Positions 18,430-26,407 of a stretch of 54,432 nt of DNA are shown one piece after another. Under the pieces are notes generated by a model. It did no database searches, had not been told where the DNA came from, and worked only from the letters and a program-made list of their open reading frames with translations. The position numbers were made by a program, and so were the translations under genes. The DNA comes from a virus (Duplodnaviria > Caudoviricetes), in IMG/VR virus record IMGVR_UViG_3300027777_000047, positions 1 through 54,432 of that record, one strand, 5' to 3'. Numbering within the stretch: the first letter of the stretch is position 1; each line of letters opens with the position of its first letter.

Positions 18430-18454
18430 AAACCCGGCCCCGGCCGGGTTTTTT
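18430..18454 (+). terminator. Rho-independent terminator
   Basis: AAACCCGGCC-C-CGGCCGGGTTTTTT GC stem followed by a U-tract. Confidence 0.85.
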
Positions 18455-18701
18455 GCGCCCGGAACCTTACACCAACCTTACACCGACAACGATTGCCGAT
18501 CTGACCACGACCGCCGACCCGACCCGACGACCAGAGACGAGACGAGATGACCTGAGATGATTCTGGTCAGCTCTAGTATTAAATACATTTTGGATCAAAT
18601 AAGAAACTCGCGCGCGTAGGTATCAGTATAGAGTCTGGTCAGCTCAGCGGTCAGCCCCAAGTGCTGACCATTTAGTTTGCCCGCTGACAACTCTGGCCCC
18701 C

Positions 18702-18748
18702 TATAATTGGCATGCCAGCAAATGGCTGGTGGTCTAATTACTAAGGGG
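18702..18748 (+). promoter_or_regulatory. Promoter -10 plus leader hairpin and RBS
   Basis: TATAAT at 18702, CCAGC-AAATG-GCTGG hairpin, CTAATTACTAAGGGG before the ATG at 18759. Confidence 0.6.
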
Positions 18749-18758
18749 TATTCGCACT

Positions 18759-18965
18759 ATGACCGCACTCACAACACCCACACAAATCAACGCTTACAGG
18801 CTAGCCACTCTGCGTAGTGCGCTTAGGCTAGAGTCTAAGGGCATGCGTATGAGTCGGGGTCCAACGGCCCTGTCTATTCTGCGGGGTATGGGCTACAGCG
18901 GCACCCGTACCGCTGTGCTGGCTCAAGTGACCGCCGACGTAGCCGCCAGCATGCAGGAGCACTGA
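18759..18965 (+). CDS. Early hypothetical protein (68 aa)
   Basis: LRSALRLESKGMRMSRG; promoter and RBS upstream. Confidence 0.75.
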   Translation: MTALTTPTQINAYRLATLRSALRLESKGMRMSRGPTALSILRGMGYSGTRTAVLAQVTADVAASMQEH

Positions 18966-18967
18966 GC

Positions 18968-19135
18968 ATGGCCAAACGCACTTACGAAGTTGAGCTAAAG
19001 TACGAGGCCTACGTGGTAGTGACTGTAGACGCCGACAGCGAGGACGACGCCGAGGCTCTTGCAATGGCAGAAGCCGCGCACCTTATTGATAATGGCGGGG
19101 GTTGGACGCTCGAGTCTATTGAGGAACTGGCCTGA
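18968..19135 (+). CDS. Small acidic protein (55 aa, DpnD/PcfM-like pattern)
   Basis: Manually translated MAKRTYEVELKYEAYVVVTVDADSEDDAEALA...ESIEELA. Confidence 0.7.
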   Translation: MAKRTYEVELKYEAYVVVTVDADSEDDAEALAMAEAAHLIDNGGGWTLESIEELA

Positions 19136-19147
19136 GCGCTCAGCACC

Positions 19148-19187
19148 AAGGGCTCCACACTCTGGTTGTGTGGGGTCCTTTTATTTT
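19148..19187 (+). terminator. Rho-independent terminator
   Basis: AAGGGCTCCACAC...GTGTGGGGTCCTTTTATTTT. Confidence 0.7.
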
Positions 19188-19399
19188 AGCCCGGCAAAGT
19201 CAGCTCCAGTCTGGGGTCTAAAAGACTAAGTTCTTTCCAATCAAATCCTAAACTCGCGCGTATAGGTATCCAAGTATTCGGCTTTTGGGGCCAAAATTTA
19301 CTACCAAGGGGCCGTTGACTCGCCACCATTTTGAGCCCCTAGCCCTTAGACAAAAACCCTACCAACTCAGCCCCCGCGCCCCATTTTGGTGGGTTTACA

Positions 19400-19670
19400 G
19401 TCCAAAGCCCAAAATTGGTAGCAAGGACCCAAAAATAGGACCGTTGTTTTATATAGCTTTTTTGCCACAATAACAAGTAGCATGGGTACCCAATACCACG
19501 TATTAAATTAAATATATTATGTTAAGTAGGCAGTTTCACATAGTGTAGGGTTATATATTTGCTAGTTACCATGCTACTAAGAATTAAAAACACTATACAA
19601 TACAACAACTTACGCGGTAGCAAGCACCTCGCTACCTCCACGCTACCATGCTACCACCACTTTTAGGAGC
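19400..19670. other. Candidate replication origin
   Basis: Very AT-rich core (about 19500-19610) flanked by GTAGCA/GCTAC repeats in both orientations, upstream of the primase-helicase. Confidence 0.45.
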
Positions 19671-19678
19671 CTAGACCC

Positions 19679-19975
19679 ATGCCTAATGACTCAAGAAACC
19701 TCCCCTTTTTAAAGCCCGGTGGGTCATTTGTAACGGACCCCATAAGTAGACTTACGCTGTTCCTTAAACGCACGCCTGCTATTCAGCAGCTACAGTGTCC
19801 CCCCTATACCGAGCGCGTTAACCCCACGTGGCGTTTTATAGTGAATGGCGTACCTTGCGAAGTAGAGCGTAGCGACAAGCGATTTTACTTGCGCACTGGA
19901 CGTAAACTTTTGCTTGATAGCACTTACACACGGGGCCAGAGCGGGCGGTTAGAGTCTAATATTCTAGCCTTGTAG
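19679..19975 (+). CDS. Hypothetical protein (98 aa)
   Basis: AGGAG RBS. Confidence 0.6.
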   Translation: MPNDSRNLPFLKPGGSFVTDPISRLTLFLKRTPAIQQLQCPPYTERVNPTWRFIVNGVPCEVERSDKRFYLRTGRKLLLDSTYTRGQSGRLESNILAL

Positions 19976-20108
19976 CGCCCTGCCCAATGCTATACTGGCC
20001 CAAGGCAACAAAAAAGCCACGCGGGGCTGAATCCGGTGGCTTTTAGACTTCTACTTCTACACTTCTACTAGGACAACGCTCAGCAATGAGCGCTGGGTAC
20101 ATTATACC

Positions 20109-22271
20109 ATGTTAGCCTATTCGCAGGTTAAGGGCACTACGCCCCATGCACACGTCACCCCCCCTGAGGTTATTAAATACTTAGCCGACCGCGGAATAAG
20201 TATCACCCTTGCCGCGCAGCTAGAGCTCAAAGTGCTTAGCGCGCAAGCCCTAATGGAGGCCGCACGGGGCATAGTTAGCGCATACGAGGACGACCGGTAC
20301 GCTATAGTGTTCCCCCACCATAGTCCACTGGGGTTTGAAATTGAGTGGTGGAGCGCTAGGCTCGTACCCCGCCGCCCCGCTGCTGACCCCACCCCCCTGC
20401 GGGTGATACACAGTTTTGCCGCTGCCGTTGACCCCACCCTGGCCCCAGCCTACAAACTAGGCAAGATGTTCTGCCCGCCAAGCACTCCGCCAGCAGCGTA
20501 TCTACCCCATGCAGCTACCTTACCCGACTGGACCAAGCTGCCCCGGGGCGCGCGGGTGTTCTTTCATGAGTCAGTCATAAAAGCGATCAATGGTGCGCGG
20601 TTGGGGCACTACAGCATCGGGCTAAACGGCGTGTGGGGTTGGTCTAGCCGCAAGCACCAAATAGCTCTGCTGCCCGAGATTAGAGACATACCTTGGCGCG
20701 CTTTAGAGCTTGAGCCTGTTATTTTGTTTGACACCAACATTAACACCAGCTTCCAAGTTGAGGAGGCCGCCAAGCGCTTAGCCGCTAAGCTGCTAGAACT
20801 TACCGGACGCACGGCGCGTATTCTGCGCATGCACACCAGTGCCGATTTACTTGGTGGTGCCGACTACGGGTTTGACGACTTTGCCGTTACTGTTGGCAAC
20901 ACCCACGCCAAGGCTTTGCTAGACACCCCTTGGCCCGACCTTGAGGAGATTGACATAAGCGAGGTCGAGCTTATGAAGTTCGCCTTGAACAGCAAAGTAG
21001 CCGTGGTGCGTAGTATGAGTAGGGTTGCCGATATTGAGAGCGGTGCTTTAATGACCACTAGCTCTTTTACCGAGCTTGTGTACGCGCACTATCAAGCCCA
21101 AGTGCCTTTGCCCGACGGCACTACTAAGGACGTCAACGTAGCCAAGCTCTGGCTAAAAGACGAGCGTAAGTTGCAGGTAGAGGGTTTGATGTACAGCCCC
21201 GGCCAACCCACCATCCACATGGACGCTGCCGGTAAGGCGTACCTCAACACATGGCGGGGTATGGGCTTAACCCCAGACCCCGGCCTTGTAGACCAGTGGC
21301 TTGGGCTGCTGAGCGCCAACCTTGGAGATTTAGACTTGCAGGAGTGGGTGCTTAACTGGCTGGCGTATCCGTTACAGCACCCGGGCGCTAAGTTGAACAC
21401 CCTGCTGTTGATATTTGGCCCTAGCGGCACGGGTAAAGACCTATTCCTCACACCCATGCACGCTATCTACGGCAACAACGCGGTTAAAGTGAGCAATGAC
21501 GAACTTAAGTCCACCTTTACAAGTCTGTACGCTGCGCGGCAGTTCATACACGCGGACGAACTTAAACGCACCCCCAGCGCCAGCGACAGCGTAAACCAAA
21601 AGATTAAAGGCATGGTCACCAACGCCACCATGACCGTTAACCGCAAAGGCGACCCCGAGTATAAGATCCGCAACGTAGCCAACTTAGCGATTACCAGCAA
21701 CTACTACGACTGTATCAAACTAGACGAGGACGACCGCAGAGCCGCTATTATACGTTGGAGCCCTGTTACCGAGGCCTTAGACATGCGCGGCATGCAGGGT
21801 TACTGGCGTCCGTTGGCCGCGTGGTTGACCAGCACCGCTGGGGCGGCAGCTATCTACGCTTACTTACTAGACCGTGACCTAACCGGGTTTGACCCCGCCG
21901 CGTGGGCTCCCACTACTGTGTGGAAAGAACAGGTGATAGACGCCGCGCGCTCCCCTATTGAGCGGTTTGCTGCTCAGCTTAAAGTAGAGCCCGAACTACA
22001 CTTGCCCCCGTTAACCGATGGCCGCGTGCTATTCACGGCTAAAGAACTTGCCATGTACCACTACGGCCTAGAACCCGCCAAGGGCCAGATAGACGCCTTG
22101 GCTAACGAACTCCGTAACCAGAATTTTGTACGCGCCAACCGCGACAAATCCATTAAAAGCAAGGGCGGTGGAGTTAACCGTTACTGGGTAGTTCAACGGG
22201 CCGACTTGCCCATACAAGACTGGCAAGACCCCACCGTGTGTGGGAAGCATTTAAGGGCACACGGACTTTAA
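20109..22271 (+). CDS. Primase-helicase (DUF3854-like N-terminus plus DUF5906/SF3 NTPase)
   Basis: FFHESVIKA...GLNGVWGW...ILFD...GFDDF primase-like region; Walker A GPSGTGKD, Walker B IHADE, ITSNY...DDRR. Confidence 0.85.
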   Translation: MLAYSQVKGTTPHAHVTPPEVIKYLADRGISITLAAQLELKVLSAQALMEAARGIVSAYEDDRYAIVFPHHSPLGFEIEWWSARLVPRRPAADPTPLRVIHSFAAAVDPTLAPAYKLGKMFCPPSTPPAAYLPHAATLPDWTKLPRGARVFFHESVIKAINGARLGHYSIGLNGVWGWSSRKHQIALLPEIRDIPWRALELEPVILFDTNINTSFQVEEAAKRLAAKLLELTGRTARILRMHTSADLLGGADYGFDDFAVTVGNTHAKALLDTPWPDLEEIDISEVELMKFALNSKVAVVRSMSRVADIESGALMTTSSFTELVYAHYQAQVPLPDGTTKDVNVAKLWLKDERKLQVEGLMYSPGQPTIHMDAAGKAYLNTWRGMGLTPDPGLVDQWLGLLSANLGDLDLQEWVLNWLAYPLQHPGAKLNTLLLIFGPSGTGKDLFLTPMHAIYGNNAVKVSNDELKSTFTSLYAARQFIHADELKRTPSASDSVNQKIKGMVTNATMTVNRKGDPEYKIRNVANLAITSNYYDCIKLDEDDRRAAIIRWSPVTEALDMRGMQGYWRPLAAWLTSTAGAAAIYAYLLDRDLTGFDPAAWAPTTVWKEQVIDAARSPIERFAAQLKVEPELHLPPLTDGRVLFTAKELAMYHYGLEPAKGQIDALANELRNQNFVRANRDKSIKSKGGGVNRYWVVQRADLPIQDWQDPTVCGKHLRAHGL

Positions 22272-22284
22272 AGCACGCTATAAT
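22269..22284 (+). promoter_or_regulatory. Promoter element TAAAGCACGCTATAAT
   Basis: Copy of the conserved motif, followed by a CCAGC/GCTGG hairpin and TAGGAG. Confidence 0.75.
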
Positions 22285-22336
22285 TGCCTTGCCAGCAACC
22301 CGCTGGTGTTCTAATTAACTTAGGAGCATCCATACT

Positions 22337-22573
22337 ATGGGGCAAGTCAAACAATACTATTACAGCTGTCGTTCTTGCGGTGATTGCATAGACCCCGAGC
22401 GTTACGCGCTGGGTTACAGAGTGTGTTTACCGTGTGGCGAGCAAGCCGCGCGCGTAGAGCGCACTAGCTGGTGCGTGGTGCAGGAGTACAGCAAAGGCGC
22501 GTATCAGTTGGTGACGGCCAGTGCAGCTTCCGTAACCTTACGACAAACCAACCCCAAGGAGCAGCGCACATGA
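22337..22573 (+). CDS. Small zinc-finger protein (DksA/TraR C4-like pattern)
   Basis: CRSCGDCIDPERYALGYRVCLPC. Confidence 0.7.
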   Translation: MGQVKQYYYSCRSCGDCIDPERYALGYRVCLPCGEQAARVERTSWCVVQEYSKGAYQLVTASAASVTLRQTNPKEQRT

Positions 22574-22812
22574 CTAAAGTAGTTGCCGGACACAACGACC
22601 CGGGCTACCTGCCCGACGAAGACCCCATTGAGTGCGAAAACCTACAAGAGGCAATACGTTACCTCATGCAAGCAGTGGCCACATACTTCCGTATTGAAAT
22701 AGACGAGATAGAGCTTACCGTGCATGATGTAATGCGTTTCCAGCGGGCGGTAATGAACGCCGAGCCGGGCAGCACGTACATTTTCCGGGGCCATGCGTTC
22801 TGGGTGCACTAA
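22570..22812 (+). CDS. Hypothetical protein (80 aa)
   Basis: ATGA-coupled start MTKVVAGHNDPGYLPD. Confidence 0.7.
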   Translation: MTKVVAGHNDPGYLPDEDPIECENLQEAIRYLMQAVATYFRIEIDEIELTVHDVMRFQRAVMNAEPGSTYIFRGHAFWVH

Positions 22813-22814
22813 AC

Positions 22815-23036
22815 ATGTACTACAAAGACTTTGGACCCTGCGTCCGCATTGAGTATTTAAACAGTCCGCGTGATCTAGCATACGACATCATGGTTTGCAC
22901 TAAACAGCCTAACGACACTTGGCTAGCCTATCGTGGCTTTAACAGTTTGAGCAACGACTACGCCTTTACCAGCGCCAAAGAGCTAGCAGTCGAGCTGGAA
23001 CAAAAATATAAAAATAGTTGTGCGCCGACTATATAG
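22815..23036 (+). CDS. Hypothetical protein (73 aa)
   Basis: ORF in the early operon. Confidence 0.7.
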   Translation: MYYKDFGPCVRIEYLNSPRDLAYDIMVCTKQPNDTWLAYRGFNSLSNDYAFTSAKELAVELEQKYKNSCAPTI

Positions 23037-23047
23037 CACGCTATAAT
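23032..23047 (+). promoter_or_regulatory. Promoter element TATAGCACGCTATAAT
   Basis: Conserved motif, CCCAG/CTGGG hairpin and CTAACTAGGAG. Confidence 0.8.
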
Positions 23048-23097
23048 TAATTACCGGCCCAGCGGTTTTCTGGGTGTACTAACTAGGAGCATCTAGC

Positions 23098-23565
23098 ATG
23101 AAATCTTTAACTGCCGCGCTTGCTGACCGCAAAGCCGACATTGCCCGCCAAGCCTCTAATGTCAAAACACTGAGCCGGGTGGTAAAAGCGACTAACTTGG
23201 CCCGGGCGTTTGACCGCCTAGTGGCCCACTGCCCCCAAGCCGAGCTTATGGTGTACAGCTACAGCGTCTACATTGATGTGCCTGTAAAAAGCATGCAGCA
23301 CATGACTGACGCTTTAGAGTTTTTTGAGAATGAGCTGGGTGTCGAGTTCACCTCCACTAGAGACGAACCTACCGGCGGCGTGCGCCAGTTTGACATTGGC
23401 TGGCAGAGCGCCGAAAAGCTGGGCTTTTGGCTTTACGTCCGCGCGCTGATTAGGGGCAACGAAGACGACCCCACCGCCACCTGCAAACGCGTGCAGACCG
23501 GCGTTAAGATGGTTGAGCAACCAGTTTATGAAATACAGTGTGCTGAACAACTTGCTGTTGCATGA
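23098..23565 (+). CDS. Hypothetical early protein (155 aa)
   Basis: Own promoter and RBS; C-terminal TCKRVQTG...VYEIQC. Confidence 0.8.
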   Translation: MKSLTAALADRKADIARQASNVKTLSRVVKATNLARAFDRLVAHCPQAELMVYSYSVYIDVPVKSMQHMTDALEFFENELGVEFTSTRDEPTGGVRQFDIGWQSAEKLGFWLYVRALIRGNEDDPTATCKRVQTGVKMVEQPVYEIQCAEQLAVA

Positions 23566-23568
23566 GTT

Positions 23569-23584
23569 TATAGCACGCTATAAT
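23569..23584 (+). promoter_or_regulatory. Promoter element TATAGCACGCTATAAT
   Basis: Conserved motif, CCCGG/CCGGG hairpin and CTAACTAGGAG. Confidence 0.8.
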
Positions 23585-23636
23585 GTAGGTACTGGCCCGG
23601 CAGCTTCCGGGATTGCACTAACTAGGAGAGTTTTAA

Positions 23637-24470
23637 ATGGCTAATTTACGTATTCTACGCACCGGCAATGCCCTGACTTTGGCGGGTATTCGCCAAGCGT
23701 GTCCGGCGGTGTTTGCCACTGCCGAGGCCGTGGCCCCTACCCGGGGTCCCCGCTACGAGTATATCCCCACCATTGAGCCCCTTGAACGCCTGCTTGACCA
23801 AGGCTGGGGCGTATTTGAAGCCACCCAGAACCGTGTGCGCGTTGCTGGCAAAGAAGGCTTTTGCCGCCACAGCTTGCGTCTGCGCAAGCTAGACCAAGCC
23901 CTTGACCGCAACAAGTACGGCGGTGCCCTTGACGGCACTGGCGAACTTGTACTTACCAACGCACACGACGGCACCGCCGCCTACACGTTGACGGCAGGGT
24001 ATTTCCGGCTGGTGTGCAGCAATGGCATGACCACTGGCAAAGAGATTGCCGCGCACCGCATAATCCATACCAAGGGGCGCAGCACCGGCATGGTGATTGA
24101 CGTGGCTAGCCGCATCATCGAGGAAGACTTTCCTCGCATGATTGAGCAGATTGAAGGCTTTAAGCAGACCATACTTACTACCGAGCAAACTTACGAGCTT
24201 GCCGCCCACGCTATGGACTTGCGTTACGGCCTTGGCTTGAAACCCTTTAAAGCCGAAGACCTGCTTAAGGTGCGCCGCATGGTTGACGACGGACTTAGCG
24301 CGTGGTCGGTACTTAACCGCATACAGGAGAATGTGATGCAGGGCGGTTGGCATACCAAGAGCATGTTTACTGGCCGCAAGAGCAGCGTGCGTGCTGTTGA
24401 GGCTATTGGCCCCGTAGCCAAGATTAACGCTGGCTTGTGGACCAAAACCGAGGAGCTGTGCCATGGGTGA
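23637..24470 (+). CDS. DUF932/DUF945-family protein
   Basis: RYEYIPT, LTNAHDGTAAY...GYFRLVCSNG, RRMVD...WSVLNRIQEN and NAGLW motifs. Confidence 0.88.
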   Translation: MANLRILRTGNALTLAGIRQACPAVFATAEAVAPTRGPRYEYIPTIEPLERLLDQGWGVFEATQNRVRVAGKEGFCRHSLRLRKLDQALDRNKYGGALDGTGELVLTNAHDGTAAYTLTAGYFRLVCSNGMTTGKEIAAHRIIHTKGRSTGMVIDVASRIIEEDFPRMIEQIEGFKQTILTTEQTYELAAHAMDLRYGLGLKPFKAEDLLKVRRMVDDGLSAWSVLNRIQENVMQGGWHTKSMFTGRKSSVRAVEAIGPVAKINAGLWTKTEELCHG

Positions 24471-24804
24471 TAGAGTACTTATGCAGTGCTGGAGCAGTAG
24501 CACCGGGGCCTTCGGGCCCGTGGTGTACGGCCATTGGGCCGGAGGCGACGCCCCTGTTATTGTGGCCCGACTTGCCCTGCGCATGGCAACCCGCCCGGGC
24601 GACGTGTACTACGCTAGTGCCCGCCTTGTGCAGGAGCTGTGCGCAGCAACCAGCGACCCCAATGGGTCGCTAGGCGTGAGTATTTGGAACACGGACCATA
24701 TACTTACTCCCGACGACAGCCACGGCGACGCTGGCTGTTGGCTAATTGATGTTAGCGACAACTTTAGCACCAAAATACTAGGAGCTAGTGGTGAACAATA
24801 TTAA
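24463..24804 (+). CDS. Hypothetical protein (113 aa)
   Basis: MGDR...VYGHWAG motif; GGAG RBS. Confidence 0.75.
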   Translation: MGDRVLMQCWSSSTGAFGPVVYGHWAGGDAPVIVARLALRMATRPGDVYYASARLVQELCAATSDPNGSLGVSIWNTDHILTPDDSHGDAGCWLIDVSDNFSTKILGASGEQY

Positions 24805-25027
24805 AAAAACCTACATTGTGTTTGTAAACAACATAGAGCGTGAAGTGGAGGCCACCAGCGCCGAAGACGCTATAGATCAAGTCTATGAAGACATTGGCTA
24901 CGACCCGGGCGAGGTATCCTGCGAAGAAGACGATGTACTTAGCATCTGCCAAGCGTGTAACGGCAGCGGCGAAGGAATGAACGAAGGCACCACTTGCCGA
25001 GCGTGCCACGGAAGGGGCGAGTCATGA
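24788..25027 (+). CDS. Acidic protein with DnaJ-type CxxCxGxG zinc finger
   Basis: CQACNGSG...CRACHGRG; highly acidic N-terminal part. Confidence 0.7.
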   Translation: MVNNIKKTYIVFVNNIEREVEATSAEDAIDQVYEDIGYDPGEVSCEEDDVLSICQACNGSGEGMNEGTTCRACHGRGES

Positions 25028-25461
25028 AACATATGCTGCCCCGCTACCGCGAATTTGTGCGCGCTACCCTAGCCCGCCCCGACGCTAGCGTTGAAGAGGT
25101 TACCAGTGCCACCGCACTTGACCAGTGTATTGAATGGATAGACGACGTGCTACCTATGGTCACGTTGTTAGACGACGCCGGAGTGGGGCCCAAGCAACTT
25201 AGGCGCATACTTGAAGAAGCTGAGCACTTAGAGGAGATTTTAGAAGGCAACCGCATTCATACTTTAAATCAACTACAGCGCGTACTTGGCGACGTACAAA
25301 CCGCCAAGGCTGCACTTGGCACGGTACCCGCACCTACACCCTTACCCGCCACCGTGCGAGCTGCTGCGCAGGGGTCTGACGCGTTCAACGCCATGTTTGC
25401 CAGTACACCACCGTGGCCCACAGCGCCACGGCATCCTTACGACCGGAATTTTGAAACTTAA
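25024..25461 (+). CDS. Hypothetical protein (145 aa)
   Basis: ATGA-coupled start MKHMLPRY. Confidence 0.65.
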   Translation: MKHMLPRYREFVRATLARPDASVEEVTSATALDQCIEWIDDVLPMVTLLDDAGVGPKQLRRILEEAEHLEEILEGNRIHTLNQLQRVLGDVQTAKAALGTVPAPTPLPATVRAAAQGSDAFNAMFASTPPWPTAPRHPYDRNFET

Positions 25462-25517
25462 TACCCTGCTACAATATAACCAGCGCCCACACCGGGCGCG
25501 CCAAGGACCTAACTAAT

Positions 25518-25757
25518 ATGCAACACTTATATGAACACCCCGGTAGCGGTGTATTTTTGAACGTAACCTACGTGCCCGCTACGCCTGCGCACAAGACCCA
25601 AATACAGGACGTGCGCGTTACCGACAGCACCTACCAGTCCGTAGGGCCAGACATTGCGCCCCTGCTGCACGCCACCCACCTGCTTGACACTACCGGCCCC
25701 GTGACTATGGCTACGCCGCTGCTGGAGCTTATCTCGGAGGACATTACCCATGGATGA
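25518..25757 (+). CDS. Hypothetical protein (79 aa)
   Basis: TACAAT, hairpin and AAGGA upstream. Confidence 0.65.
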   Translation: MQHLYEHPGSGVFLNVTYVPATPAHKTQIQDVRVTDSTYQSVGPDIAPLLHATHLLDTTGPVTMATPLLELISEDITHG

Positions 25758-26163
25758 CCCCACCCTTGGCGACTTTGTAGTGCTTACCGCCACCCAGCTT
25801 GCCGATAAAGCAGACGAGCACTGGCGTATTAAGACTAAGCGTTTGGCTGCCGACAAAATTGCCGCTGCGCTTAAAACCGATGAGAGCGCACTTGAGGCTG
25901 CTATTATCAGCCAGATGCTGCACCAAAAGATTACCAGTATTGGTGGCAAGACCGTAATTTACGGCTTGCCCAAGCCCACTATGGAGCCCGTTGTTAGCGA
26001 CTGGGCGCTGTACTGGGCATTCATCAAGCAGACTGATGACATCAGTTTGTTTGAAAAGCGACCCGGACGGGCCGCTATTAAAGAGCGCTGGGGTTTGGGC
26101 GAAACCATACCCGGCGTTGTTCCGTTTGCTGTTTACAAACTATCTAAAACTGGAGTTAAATGA
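25750..26163 (+). CDS. Conserved phage replication-module protein (137 aa)
   Basis: VVSDWALYWAFIKQTD...FEKR...GETIPGV motif typical of genes preceding SSB/polA. Confidence 0.75.
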   Translation: MDDPTLGDFVVLTATQLADKADEHWRIKTKRLAADKIAAALKTDESALEAAIISQMLHQKITSIGGKTVIYGLPKPTMEPVVSDWALYWAFIKQTDDISLFEKRPGRAAIKERWGLGETIPGVVPFAVYKLSKTGVK

Positions 26164-26164
26164 C

Positions 26165-26386
26165 ATGAATACTTACAATGAGAGTAACAAAATTGGCCTT
26201 GCAAGGGTCGAAAAACAAATGGCAGTTGCTCGCGAGGTTGACTACAACCCCACTGTACGTGAAAATTTGGATAAGCGGATTGCTCATCTTGAGCACGAGC
26301 TTTCCGAAGCAAGAGCTAGCAGAGAGGCACTTGCCCCCTTGCTAGATATCAAAATCCGCGACATCCGTCGTGCGATGGACTATTGA
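26165..26386 (+). CDS. Hypothetical coiled-coil protein (73 aa)
   Basis: GGAG RBS; start MNTYNES. Confidence 0.65.
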   Translation: MNTYNESNKIGLARVEKQMAVAREVDYNPTVRENLDKRIAHLEHELSEARASREALAPLLDIKIRDIRRAMDY

Positions 26387-26407
26387 ACTAATTAGGAGTT
26401 ACTTATT

